Shown here: positions 19,986-29,645 of the stretch, in pieces
Position numbering within the stretch: position 1 is the stretch's first letter
Layout: each line of letters starts with the position of its first letter
Virus record (IMG/VR): IMGVR_UViG_3300028569_000022
Span: 27,441 to 91,440 of that record
Reading direction: 5' to 3' (one strand)
Length of the DNA: 64,000 bases
From: a virus
Made by a program: the position numbers and the translations under genes
The notes under the pieces: model-generated
What the model was told of the DNA's origin: nothing
Database searches by the model: none
Seen by the model: only the letters and a program-made list of their open reading frames with translations

Positions 19986-22900
19986 ATGTCTTTAAATCTT
20001 TTTTTAAACTATGAGCACACAAACAGTGAAGGGCTTTTTTATAGAGAAGTTAGCACTAGCTCTTTTACCGTTTTAGCACAAATCAAGTTTGCTGATACGG
20101 CTCTACCCATTCCCGCTCGGTATTCCGCAACATACAATCTTAATGACGGAAACGATGAATCGTTTAATTTAATTACAGGACAACAATTAACATTTGATAG
20201 AACAAACCCTTGCGTTTCTTCTGTTAATGTAACAATTAAAGACGGAGACGGAACGCTGCTTCACACGTTGAGTTTATCATCTAAGTTCGTGAGTCAATTC
20301 CCGACAGTTTCGTTTATTGCGTATCCTCAACATTATATAGATGAAAATGAAGCTGTATTAAAGACATTGGATGATACTAATTGGTATGCTGATTCTCCTG
20401 GTGTTTATTTTTATGGTGAAGGTCATACTGAAACAATTAAGCTTTCTGCAAAAGCAACAAATGCTCCATCATCATCAACAACTATTACATGGTTGATAGG
20501 TAACAATTTTAGTGATCTGTCAGCAAATTCTCAGATTTCTGCCACAACAATTGGAAATACAAACACCGCCACTGTTGAAATATCTTCTGCGAGTGAAAGT
20601 AATTTGTTAATACCTATTAGCGTATATGCTACCAATGGTGAGATCGAGCAAGGCGGCCCAGTGGTCCAATATGATGACACTACTGGTGAAAAATCTTTTT
20701 ATCCGTTTTTTGCTACTTCTTTAAATACTGACGGCTTACCAGTAAGTGGAGATAGAACTTGTGGATCTATACGTGTAAAACCATATCCTTCAGATAATTT
20801 ATATATATTTAATTCTCCTTTCGTATCTAATGAAATTGCTTTACCGTTAAACCGCACTCATCAAAAATTTAAAGCATCTATAATAAAAAACTCAAACAGT
20901 TCTAAGATTCTTACTTCAACTCTCAGTAGTACTACTTGGGAGATTAAGGAGTTTTCAAAAATTGGTGATTGGTCATACAAGACACGTGCACTAAGTGATA
21001 TTAGTATATATGAGTTTCCGTTAACATATAGTGAAACAGTCGTTGGTGAATCTTTAATGCCACTTTATGTTCCTCTAGGAGAAAAGACTACTGTTACGTT
21101 AGCGGTTTCATCAGCTTCTAGAATAGAATTTATATATCCCCCAGGTGATTGGATTCCACGCAATGCTCACATCGAACAGCACCAAGCAATAACTCAAATA
21201 CTACCTATTCCGTTTGCTGAATTATTCATATCAAATTATTTTGTTGAAAAATCAACGGAACTTGTAATTAACAGTATTAGAATTTATGCTGATGTTGTAT
21301 TGGAATTGAGTTCAATCTCTCTGAGGACTGACGACAATAACAAAAAATATGTGATTGATCCAGAAATGTTAGAATTTCCGCAAAGCATTTCTTTTACAAA
21401 GCTGGGGAAACGTACCATTTTTGTTGAAATGACATTTCTAAATACAAATACAAACGAATTACAAGTAATTGAAAATTCGTTTGAGGGTATTGTTGATGTA
21501 GTAGAATCTATCAATACGATATTCACAGAGGAAAGTCCTCAAGAATACAGAACGGAAAGCTCGCCGGTAACCTTTTCTTATGCATCTTCAGCAGTTCCTC
21601 TGATTGCACCAAATGACTGGACAATTGCAGACAACGTGAATTGCATAATTTCGGAAATTTACAATTTAATTGAAAGCGTATTTAATCACACGACTGTATA
21701 TACTAAGAATGACGTGTTTCTGGGGTGGTTGGGTAGTGATAAGTATGCTTGGAGTGATCTACAGTGTTTTTCGAACATAATTACTACTACTCAGTGGTCA
21801 AAGTATGTCACTGAAGCAACTATTGATCAACCAGAACCCGAACAATTAGTATGGAATGACAATACATGCATAAATTCTGTGGTTGATCCGTTCTGTATTC
21901 AGAAATATTGTATAGAGTGGAAATGGTCATCACGAACCAGAAAAAAATCCGATTTATTTGTAACGTGGCGTTCTGCGTTGTCTGGTGAATCATACAATAA
22001 AAAATGGAAATATGAGCCCTGTGAATTGAATCAAATCACACTAACATGCCCAATTGGTAAATGGCATACATCAACGTTAGATAAAGCATTGTTCCCAAAG
22101 CCTTTTTGTAGTGCAACACCTGAATGTTCAATCATTAGCTTTGCTGTAACAAATCAAGGAAAATATGTGATTGCAAGAGAAACGGAAGTTCTCGTACTAG
22201 ATAATGCAGATGTTCCTGTAACACTAGCAAAACACACTTTTGCAGATGAGATTTTTGTATTTTCTAAAATAGTGAAAATGGAACTGAGCAGAGAGAGTTT
22301 GCTGTATGTATTGGATTCAGGTATTCCGAGAGTATCAGTACTTAGTATAAGACCGAATGACGCTATTTTGTTGTCAGAATCTTGGGGAAAGCTTGGATCA
22401 GCTTCTAATCCATACGGATTTAAAAATCCACAAGATCTACACATAACAGATGATCTAGAGATCATAATTGCTGATACTGGAAACAAGTGTATCAAAACAT
22501 ATACTTCTTCAGGAAAGCATAAAGACACATTTATCGATGAGCGGTTTCAAATAAATCCCCCTTTAAGTATTGCGACTGATAGCCGAGGCGAATTACATGT
22601 TTTAATCCAAGACCGAGTATTGGTATATGACTCAGACAATATATTTGTTCGAGAGTATTTACTGTCGTCTGATGTTCAAAATCCTAAAAAACTTGTATTT
22701 TCTAATAACAGAGAAATTTGTTATATTACCCATGATGTTGGAGTAATAAAATATTTTAGAAACGGTGTATTATTTGGAAATTTAATTAAAGATTTAGTTT
22801 GTAATAATGAGGAGATGCTAACTGGGTTTAATGATGTTATTCACGATATTGAAAATAATGTATACGTTTCTGTTAAAGACAAAGTATTGAAATATGCAGA

Positions 22901-23231
22901 TAGAATGGAAGTTGTTCATAAATCTTCACTCAATACAGAACTGTACTGGAGTCTGTCTGACGTATTAATAGATAAAAACGAATATATTCAGCCGGCAACA
23001 TATATGAAATCGTTTCATAAACTTTGGGATAATACTGAATTATTAAGAAATTCTTTGAGTTTCTCTGGAATAACTGAAGCAACTGAGCTAGGTACAGCAA
23101 CATTCATGAAAGAAGATCTAGTTATTGGACAGAATGAGTTAGTTGTTAATTCAGTTATAAATAGATTGTCTACTCAGATGTGGACAAACTTGAAAACATT
23201 AGTGTCTTATGTTTTACCAAAATCGAGTTAA
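19986..23231 (+). CDS. Large structural protein with NHL-repeat propeller and Trp/Cys-rich region
   Basis: LYVLDSG, FKNPQDLHI...IIIADTGNKCIK, PLSIATDSRGELHV. Confidence 0.7.
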   Translation: MSLNLFLNYEHTNSEGLFYREVSTSSFTVLAQIKFADTALPIPARYSATYNLNDGNDESFNLITGQQLTFDRTNPCVSSVNVTIKDGDGTLLHTLSLSSKFVSQFPTVSFIAYPQHYIDENEAVLKTLDDTNWYADSPGVYFYGEGHTETIKLSAKATNAPSSSTTITWLIGNNFSDLSANSQISATTIGNTNTATVEISSASESNLLIPISVYATNGEIEQGGPVVQYDDTTGEKSFYPFFATSLNTDGLPVSGDRTCGSIRVKPYPSDNLYIFNSPFVSNEIALPLNRTHQKFKASIIKNSNSSKILTSTLSSTTWEIKEFSKIGDWSYKTRALSDISIYEFPLTYSETVVGESLMPLYVPLGEKTTVTLAVSSASRIEFIYPPGDWIPRNAHIEQHQAITQILPIPFAELFISNYFVEKSTELVINSIRIYADVVLELSSISLRTDDNNKKYVIDPEMLEFPQSISFTKLGKRTIFVEMTFLNTNTNELQVIENSFEGIVDVVESINTIFTEESPQEYRTESSPVTFSYASSAVPLIAPNDWTIADNVNCIISEIYNLIESVFNHTTVYTKNDVFLGWLGSDKYAWSDLQCFSNIITTTQWSKYVTEATIDQPEPEQLVWNDNTCINSVVDPFCIQKYCIEWKWSSRTRKKSDLFVTWRSALSGESYNKKWKYEPCELNQITLTCPIGKWHTSTLDKALFPKPFCSATPECSIISFAVTNQGKYVIARETEVLVLDNADVPVTLAKHTFADEIFVFSKIVKMELSRESLLYVLDSGIPRVSVLSIRPNDAILLSESWGKLGSASNPYGFKNPQDLHITDDLEIIIADTGNKCIKTYTSSGKHKDTFIDERFQINPPLSIATDSRGELHVLIQDRVLVYDSDNIFVREYLLSSDVQNPKKLVFSNNREICYITHDVGVIKYFRNGVLFGNLIKDLVCNNEEMLTGFNDVIHDIENNVYVSVKDKVLKYADRMEVVHKSSLNTELYWSLSDVLIDKNEYIQPATYMKSFHKLWDNTELLRNSLSFSGITEATELGTATFMKEDLVIGQNELVVNSVINRLSTQMWTNLKTLVSYVLPKSS

Positions 23232-23281
23232 ACTCTCTTATATGGTAGAAAAAAACCGAAAATTAGATAAATAAAATTAAC

Positions 23282-24268
23282 ATGAAAAATCCGTTGTCGT
23301 CACTATACGAACAAATACTCATTTCTGAAGCTCAGAATAAACAAGATTTAACGAATCCTTCGCAGAGTGAAGTAGGTTCGCTCAAACAAAACCAAGATGC
23401 ATTTGGTTCAAAACCTCAGGTGGTAAGTGGACCGGAAAAAGCCTCTATAGCAAAAGGACCATCATACAAAATTTCAACCAGTTCTGAAACAGCAACTCAA
23501 TATTCCAAAGAAGGAAAATTTAAGGGAAGTGCTCCAGCTAAACCTAAGTCTTCTGACGAGCCAGAAGAGACTGAGACCCCAGAAAGTGCGTTTCCAGAAG
23601 GGGATGACGAAGAAAAATCTAAGGAAGATTCAAAAAAAGAAAAAAACTCAGAATCATCTGAAGAAAAATACACCAAGAAGAATAAATATATTAGACAACA
23701 CGAAAATTTTACTATGAGCGCATTTGAAACACTATTTAAAAAAACCCTTATCGAAGAACTAGAGAATGAAGACGAAGCTACACTTGCTTCTGCACCTGAA
23801 GGTGACTTATCTGATGATGTAATGTCTGACGATGAGCCTCTTGAAGACGAATCTTCCGAAGAAGAGTCTGAAGAGTCTGAGGCTGATTTAGTTTCTGATC
23901 TGAGAGAATTACAATCAAAGCTTGATTCGATCCTATCTAAACTCGAAGGCCTTGAAGAAGAGGAAGAAGATTCTGATGAAGAAAATTCAGACGAAGAATA
24001 TTCAGACGAAGACTTTGATACAGAGTTCTCTACAGAAGAAGAGCCTTCCGTTACTAAAGAGTCAGTCGACAAGCCAAAGGCCCTTTCCGATTCAAAAGGA
24101 AAACAATTAACAAGCAAAAAAAATAAGGTTGGAAAACTTGCTCCAAAAGGTGGTAAAGCATATGTTGGAAAATTCAAAAATAACCCCAACCCAAAAAATC
24201 TTTCCACAAAAGTATCTAAATCAGCAGAAGTAAAATCCACTGTCAAAAAAGGTGATTTTCTTAAATAA
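23282..24268 (+). CDS. Highly charged low-complexity late protein, possibly scaffold or internal head protein
   Basis: Long E/D tracts flanking a short coiled coil, Lys-rich tail, TAAATA 8 nt upstream, own terminator. Confidence 0.55.
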   Translation: MKNPLSSLYEQILISEAQNKQDLTNPSQSEVGSLKQNQDAFGSKPQVVSGPEKASIAKGPSYKISTSSETATQYSKEGKFKGSAPAKPKSSDEPEETETPESAFPEGDDEEKSKEDSKKEKNSESSEEKYTKKNKYIRQHENFTMSAFETLFKKTLIEELENEDEATLASAPEGDLSDDVMSDDEPLEDESSEEESEESEADLVSDLRELQSKLDSILSKLEGLEEEEEDSDEENSDEEYSDEDFDTEFSTEEEPSVTKESVDKPKALSDSKGKQLTSKKNKVGKLAPKGGKAYVGKFKNNPNPKNLSTKVSKSAEVKSTVKKGDFLK

Positions 24269-24294
24269 TTTAGAATAACGTTATTTATAAGTTT

Positions 24295-24327
24295 AAAAAG
24301 CCTCGGAGTTTCCGAGGCTTTTTTTTT
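24295..24327 (+). terminator. Rho-independent terminator
   Basis: AAAAAGCCTCGGA-GTT-TCCGAGGCTTTTTTTTT. Confidence 0.9.
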
Positions 24328-24347
24328 GGTTTTTAATAAATAAAGAT

Positions 24348-24839
24348 ATGGAAAAAAAATCCGAACTAAAGCTTAGAGATTATCTGACTTTAGGTAAACC
24401 TACAATTTCTCCGGACAGTTTGGATCCGAATGTCTTTTATTTTCCTGAAACAGGAGAGCCTCCAATATTACATGCGCGAATTAATGCTCAGATTATAAAC
24501 GATCTGGAGTTTTTTTGCGGGGAGCAACAACAGAGAATCGAGAAATACGTATTGGTTGGTGATGCATTAATTCCTGGAAACAAAGACCGAACAAAACCCT
24601 TAAAAGTATTAATAATTCTCAATAAAACAATAATGGATTTGGATATCGAAGGAATGCTCTCTGAAGTGATTTTAAAAACACTTAACAATATAAGTGGAAG
24701 GTTAGCTTCTGGTACGTTACGACCAATTATATACATACCAACAGTAAGAAATATCAAAGATCATCCTGAATATAAAGCAGTTTATGATATTGCTATACAC
24801 AAATGGATTAAGTTACCTTCAGGGTTAAAACATGCTTAA
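24348..24839 (+). CDS. Hypothetical protein, possibly degenerate nucleotidyltransferase fold
   Basis: LHARINAQI...YVLVGD...AVYDIAIHKWIK. Catalytic DxD not evident. Confidence 0.45.
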   Translation: MEKKSELKLRDYLTLGKPTISPDSLDPNVFYFPETGEPPILHARINAQIINDLEFFCGEQQQRIEKYVLVGDALIPGNKDRTKPLKVLIILNKTIMDLDIEGMLSEVILKTLNNISGRLASGTLRPIIYIPTVRNIKDHPEYKAVYDIAIHKWIKLPSGLKHA

Positions 24840-25833
24840 AGTAACTACAGATAAAGTTCGTTATTTAAATAAAAATAACAACGCAAATGAGAGAGAAAAC
24901 TACTCAAAATGGTGGAAAGAACAAATAGAGCATTATGGCACTACTGTTGACTACTATTCTAATGGATATGGATTGACTGCACACAACTTTGTTTATGGTG
25001 AAGATCCAACTTCTTTATTTATAAAAACTCCTGAAGTGGTAATGTTGACAGACATTACAAACGATTCTTTGATGTTGTCTAAGTTTGGTATCATGGCTGA
25101 TTGTGATATGACTGCTGTTATACACATTTCTTCATACTATGAACAGTTTGGTTGTGGTTCTGAACCAAAAGCTGGAGATCTAATAAGACTAACCGAATAC
25201 GGAGCAGATCGTCCTGGCGGAAGAAGTGCTCCTGTATACGAAATAACTGAGAGAGATGATGAGTATTTGCAAATGACCAATGCTTTAATCGGTCATTATG
25301 TGTGGTATTTAAAGTGTAAACGGTATGAATATTCATACGAGCCTGGTGTCGATGTCGGTCCTAATAACAAGCAAGTCAGCGATGGCGGAGATTATGGAAG
25401 ACTTGCAGGAGGAGAGAATCCTGAAGAACTATTCCAACCGTATCCAGATTCCGTTCAAAACTCAGCAAAGTGTATATATGATTACTATGATAAAGATAAC
25501 GCGTTTTTAGACAGAAACTTGAATCACTACGTTGAACCAAACCCTCCTTCCTGTCCAACTGACTTGACAGTTACTTCACTCAGCGCAGTTCCTGGCCCAT
25601 ACTCTTCGACTCAGACAGTGTCAGAAGAAAGTTTTAGGTCATTGTTAGATTTAGCTAAAGCAGCAGTAAAAATTACGCCAGATATAGTGGTTGCACCAAA
25701 TACATATACAGACCCACTAAGTACGAATACCTTTACGGCATCAACGTCGTCAAAACCTGAAGACACAATATTGTTTGCCATTGAAAATAGTAGCTTGCTA
25801 AACTTAAATACAATAGATGGAGGTTTTATATAA
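24832..25833 (+). CDS. gp14: Neck protein, T4 gp14-like, with C-terminal extension
   Basis: EQIEHYG, VYGEDP, LSKFG, EPKAGDLI, YEIT, LKCKRYEYSYE. Confidence 0.8.
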   Translation: MLKVTTDKVRYLNKNNNANERENYSKWWKEQIEHYGTTVDYYSNGYGLTAHNFVYGEDPTSLFIKTPEVVMLTDITNDSLMLSKFGIMADCDMTAVIHISSYYEQFGCGSEPKAGDLIRLTEYGADRPGGRSAPVYEITERDDEYLQMTNALIGHYVWYLKCKRYEYSYEPGVDVGPNNKQVSDGGDYGRLAGGENPEELFQPYPDSVQNSAKCIYDYYDKDNAFLDRNLNHYVEPNPPSCPTDLTVTSLSAVPGPYSSTQTVSEESFRSLLDLAKAAVKITPDIVVAPNTYTDPLSTNTFTASTSSKPEDTILFAIENSSLLNLNTIDGGFI

Positions 25834-26174
25834 TGGCTGAAAATAAGTCGTCTGTTTATGGATATTACGGTGGAGCAACAGAGGAAAACCACTATGTCCC
25901 TCCAGAAAGTCAAGAGTTTATTCCCCAACCTCCTCGAGTCGCCTTTACGGAAGCTGATAGAGCTTTAGTTCAACAACTCGTAGATCAAACCAAATTTTAC
26001 GCAGAAAATGCTCCAGATATTTTATTGAGAACGCTTACTTCACGTGTCCCAAATAGTGGAGATAATATCGATACGTTTATGTTGTCTACGTCTGCTAATC
26101 CAGAAGATATGATTGTATATACATCAGATGTAAACGACGTGAATTTAAATCGTATAGACGGAGGATTCTTTTAA
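25833..26174 (+). CDS. Small paralog of the gp14 C-terminal extension
   Basis: Shares NHYV, PDI, TF..STS..PED.I and LN.IDGGF with the last ~100 aa of the upstream ORF. Confidence 0.65.
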   Translation: MAENKSSVYGYYGGATEENHYVPPESQEFIPQPPRVAFTEADRALVQQLVDQTKFYAENAPDILLRTLTSRVPNSGDNIDTFMLSTSANPEDMIVYTSDVNDVNLNRIDGGFF

Positions 26175-26239
26175 TTATTATGAATGCCTCTGTGCAACCT
26201 CTATTCTACCACGCGTAAAATCCCAATTCAAATAACATC

Positions 26240-27106
26240 ATGGCATTTAAAGCTAAGACATGTAATGATACAATACAGCTCTTTTGCAAAGGAGGCAATC
26301 ATGGGTTTTTTTCTAATTGTTCTTTTGTACTAAAGTCAATATTAAACTTTGTTGACACAAACAAAAAATTGCCAAGTTATTTAGACGGATTGGCTCTATT
26401 TCCAGTATACAAACATAACCCCCAGAACCTTAACGAAGACTTAATGAAGGCATGTTTCGAACAAAAGTGTATATCAAACATTCAAATTGATAGTGTTTCG
26501 AAAGGCGGCTGTTATTTTTATCAGAGAGCTCATCAAGCTCAATATAAAAAACTCAACTTAAGTGAACTTAGCTTATATATTGACGCATACCTTACTCCTA
26601 GCGCTACTATAAAAGAGATTATCAACACAATTGAAAAAACCTATTTAATAGACTACGAAAACACATGCACAGTATATTATAGAGGAACCGACAAGAGAAC
26701 TGAAGCTGGACTGGCTAGCTACGAAGAGTTTTTTGATAAAGCTGACGAGATCTCACAAAAAAATCCAAATATACGATTTTTTATACAAACTGATGAGTTG
26801 GAGTTTGCATTAGCATTTAAGCAAAGGTTTAATAACAGTTTTTCCATCAACGAACTTGCTATGATATCTCGTGAGAACAACCTGGGTCCTCATTTTTCCT
26901 TATTGCAATCAGAAAGAACCACGCATGCTTATTGGTTTTTGGCTGCTGTTATTATTATGTCAAAAACAAAACACATAATAACAGCTACTGGAAATGCTGC
27001 TCTCTGGGTAGTTCTTTACAGAGGAAACTACAAAAATGTTCATCAGTATTTACGCCGAATTAATCGCTTTACTCAAGAGACAGTACAAAATTTTGGCTGG
27101 ATTTAA
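26240..27106 (+). CDS. Fucosyltransferase-like GT-B glycosyltransferase (GT11/NodZ-like)
   Basis: GFFSN, VYYRGTDK (motif I), FFIQTDE (motif II), MSKTKHII..TGN (motif III). Confidence 0.7.
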   Translation: MAFKAKTCNDTIQLFCKGGNHGFFSNCSFVLKSILNFVDTNKKLPSYLDGLALFPVYKHNPQNLNEDLMKACFEQKCISNIQIDSVSKGGCYFYQRAHQAQYKKLNLSELSLYIDAYLTPSATIKEIINTIEKTYLIDYENTCTVYYRGTDKRTEAGLASYEEFFDKADEISQKNPNIRFFIQTDELEFALAFKQRFNNSFSINELAMISRENNLGPHFSLLQSERTTHAYWFLAAVIIMSKTKHIITATGNAALWVVLYRGNYKNVHQYLRRINRFTQETVQNFGWI

Positions 27107-27175
27107 ACGATCATTTGTAGCGTCTCTTTGTATTGTTTGACGCTTGTTACATTATTAAATTGAAACTGCTATAAT

Positions 27176-27694
27176 TTAAGGTAAAAATGCAGCTATTTGA
27201 GCACCAACTGCTTCTACTGTCGCACAATTTTTTAATCTACCACCAATTCCTGTAGAAGGAAGACTGTTCACATCAAAAGACCAAAGCGTTGAGGCATCAA
27301 GAATAGCCAAACCAACAGTATCATCGATTGGAACGCTAAAAGAAACGGAACTAGCAGATGGTACGTTGCAACTTCCGGTTACGCTTCCACCAGCATAAGA
27401 AACTCCAAATCTCACGTCACTTGGAATAGGAAAATCATTTGAAGAAAGCGGAACAACAAATGTGGTTGTTAATGTACCAACATTTAAATTAACATTAGAA
27501 GTGACAATAAGCGATCCTCCAGCAGCTGCTGAGTTTTGTGCTTTATTTGAGATATGCAAACAATATATGTCAGAGTCTATTGTTATTGTTTTATTATTAA
27601 GGAAAACCTCGTCATCGGAATTGGGAATTACTCCTCCTACCCATGTTGAAGTATTATACCAATTTCCACTTTGTGATGCTAAAATATTAGCCAT
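27176..27694 (-). CDS. Hypothetical structural protein with G8-like N-terminus
   Basis: SGNWYNTSTWVGGVIP...V; PSDVRFGVSY. Confidence 0.55.
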   Translation of the reverse strand: MANILASQSGNWYNTSTWVGGVIPNSDDEVFLNNKTITIDSDIYCLHISNKAQNSAAAGGSLIVTSNVNLNVGTLTTTFVVPLSSNDFPIPSDVRFGVSYAGGSVTGSCNVPSASSVSFSVPIDDTVGLAILDASTLWSFDVNSLPSTGIGGRLKNCATVEAVGAQIAAFLP

Positions 27695-27696
27695 GA

Positions 27697-27861
27697 TTAA
27701 AGACCCTTCACCTTAATGTGGTTTTGTAACTCTTCGTAAACATATTTAACTAATCTGCTAAACAACCCCTCTGTCGTTATAAAAGGCTGTAGAACAGCCA
27801 AATAAGCGCAATAAACAGCATATTCTACTTCATGTCGACTATTGAGTGATAAAGATTGCAT
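27697..27861 (-). CDS. Small hypothetical protein (54 aa), not in the ORF track
   Basis: MQSLSLNSRHEVEYAVY...HIKVKGL* fills the gap between co-oriented genes (gaps of 11 nt and 2 nt). Confidence 0.6.
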   Translation of the reverse strand: MQSLSLNSRHEVEYAVYCAYLAVLQPFITTEGLFSRLVKYVYEELQNHIKVKGL

Positions 27862-27872
27862 GTATTGTGTAA

Positions 27873-28313
27873 TTATGTGTAATTGGCAGTTAATCTATCA
27901 TTCCATGACACGGCTGATGCGCTTGTCGTAGATATTACACTTCCTGCTGTATTTAGTGTTATTTTTTTAATATGCCACTCAGACTCGTCTTCCGACGTGC
28001 CTGTCAGGGCTTTTCCTATATAATTTGCATTATTTACAAAATCAGTCTTCCATAAAGCAGAGTCCATATTAACAACAACGTCACTAACTCCATTAATCCA
28101 TGCAGCAGAATTAGTGCGTACAATTGTCATCACATCTTCGTAATAAGAGTGATTATAAAAGGACACTAACTCATTAACGGGATTTTTTAAGAAAATCTTA
28201 CCGTCCGCAATATTGATCGCTAGTTCTCCTTCTCTTATCGAAGATAATGCTGGCGTTCTTCCAGAGACTGATGTCCTAAAGTGTTGAGTTATACTAATAG
28301 TTTCTGGCGGCAT
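27873..28313 (-). CDS. Mtd_N/hyaluronidase-N-like fibre adaptor protein
   Basis: RTSVSGRTP...EGELAINIADGKIF; C-terminal YIGKA...W.IKKI...WNDR..Y. Confidence 0.65.
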   Translation of the reverse strand: MPPETISITQHFRTSVSGRTPALSSIREGELAINIADGKIFLKNPVNELVSFYNHSYYEDVMTIVRTNSAAWINGVSDVVVNMDSALWKTDFVNNANYIGKALTGTSEDESEWHIKKITLNTAGSVISTTSASAVSWNDRLTANYT

Positions 28314-28332
28314 AGTAGTATTTATTGATAAC

Positions 28333-28521
28333 TTAGAATTTTCCTAAATCTGTTACTGTATTTTCTCCGGAAATATTTGTAGTATTCGTTGTCCCAATAT
28401 ATAATGTGTTTGTAGTTTCATCCATAGCTAATTCTCCACTCTTGATCATTGTTGGTGGACCAGGTTCTCCAGAAACTCTTCTTTTAATTAAAATCGTGGT
28501 ATATTTTCTAATTTCTTCCAT
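28333..28521 (-). CDS. Minimal Mtd_N-like domain protein
   Basis: ILIKRR..G..G.P..GELA.D...LYIG...DLGKF. Start ATG 28521 with TAAGTA 5 nt upstream. Confidence 0.65.
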   Translation of the reverse strand: MEEIRKYTTILIKRRVSGEPGPPTMIKSGELAMDETTNTLYIGTTNTTNISGENTVTDLGKF

Positions 28522-28563
28522 TTGAATACTTATATAACACACAAACCTTTTGTTGTTTTTATG

Positions 28564-29325
28564 TTAAGAATCTTTTGACATCAACAATCTTGCCAGTGAA
28601 CCGTCATCACAACCGTGATGAATTACTGCATTTGAATCAATCGGAAAGTCAAATCTCAATCCATCTGGAAATTCGTTATGGTCCTCTCCTTTAATACAGT
28701 TTGGTGAAAACTCTTTATAATTTTGTGTCCTAAAGCAATGTTGAAACAAATTAGAATGGTGAGTGTTTGGCACTAGCTCGTTTTGGCACAATACGTCAAA
28801 TGCAGTTGCTAATCTGTCGACGTATTTCCAGATTGTACAACACACATCAATGTCAGGCGGATATACAGCAGCTCCAACTAAATGTTTAGTTAACGGAACA
28901 ATAATCCCATCGTCCGTAAGAGTCGTGGTGTCTTGAGTCCACCCTAAGCAGTATTTGCCGCATTGTTTATATTCTTGTTCTAAAATATTTATCCAGTTAC
29001 GTGTTAACGGAGTCATGTCAAGCTCCATCCAAAGCCAAGGCAATTTTGTTTTTCTTTGGTATTTTAAGTGTTTTATTGTTTCTTGCCAATAAAAGTTTGG
29101 ACCTTGAGGCCACCCTGTTTTACCGTCTTCTGGAAAAGCATATATATCAGATGTTTTAAATTTGGTTTTAATTTTATTTAAAAGAGCTACCGCATGGCTA
29201 GCATCTGTCGGCCTGGAAACTACGAGAAGTTCGTGAGTAGAATATGGTCCAAAATGATTAAGACAAGCTGAAAAGTCTTCAATTAATTTTGCGTCAGAAA
29301 CGGAAACGGGTATAACTATTAACAT
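28564..29325 (-). CDS. GT-A-like glycosyltransferase (tentative)
   Basis: WLWMELD (ExD), HLVGAAVYP, AFDV, VIHHGCDDGS. Confidence 0.5.
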   Translation of the reverse strand: MLIVIPVSVSDAKLIEDFSACLNHFGPYSTHELLVVSRPTDASHAVALLNKIKTKFKTSDIYAFPEDGKTGWPQGPNFYWQETIKHLKYQRKTKLPWLWMELDMTPLTRNWINILEQEYKQCGKYCLGWTQDTTTLTDDGIIVPLTKHLVGAAVYPPDIDVCCTIWKYVDRLATAFDVLCQNELVPNTHHSNLFQHCFRTQNYKEFSPNCIKGEDHNEFPDGLRFDFPIDSNAVIHHGCDDGSLARLLMSKDS

Positions 29326-29364
29326 ATATTAATAATTATACCCGCCAGGTGTTTTTTTCCGAGT

Positions 29365-29472
29365 TTATGAGTTGTATCCCATAGGATCGAGGAATTTTAC
29401 GTTACCTTGAACTTTGGTGTTTCCTTGAATTTTTGCGCCCGAATAATAACTATTTTCGTTGTTTGTTGGCAT
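29365..29472 (-). CDS. Small hypothetical peptide (35 aa), not in the ORF track
   Basis: MPTNNENSYYSGAKIQGNTKVQGNVKFLDPMGYNS*, co-oriented and tightly packed. Confidence 0.45.
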   Translation of the reverse strand: MPTNNENSYYSGAKIQGNTKVQGNVKFLDPMGYNS

Positions 29473-29478
29473 AATCTT

Positions 29479-29577
29479 TTATTTTTTCTTTTTGTTTGCA
29501 CCTTTTCTGGAAGATTTAGAACCTTCTTTTTTAGGTTTTTTTGTTTCTTTTTTATGAGCGTTATTTCCTTTAGCCAT
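29479..29577 (-). CDS. Small Lys-rich basic peptide (32 aa), not in the ORF track
   Basis: MAKGNNAHKKETKKPKKEGSKSSRKGANKKKK*. Confidence 0.6.
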   Translation of the reverse strand: MAKGNNAHKKETKKPKKEGSKSSRKGANKKKK

Positions 29578-29595
29578 ATTTTTTATAGAGTGTAG

Positions 29596-29629
29596 AAAAA
29601 AACCTAGGAGCAGGAGACCTGCTCCTAGG
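29596..29629 (-). terminator. Rho-independent terminator after the fibre gene
   Basis: 12-bp stem CCTAGGAGCAGG/CCTGCTCCTAGG with T7 on the minus strand. Confidence 0.9.
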
Positions 29630-29645
29630 CTTAATTTGATTTTTC

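Noticed and set aside
23497-24246. 249-aa Ser-rich minus-strand ORF
   Set aside because: Antisense shadow of Glu/Asp codon runs.
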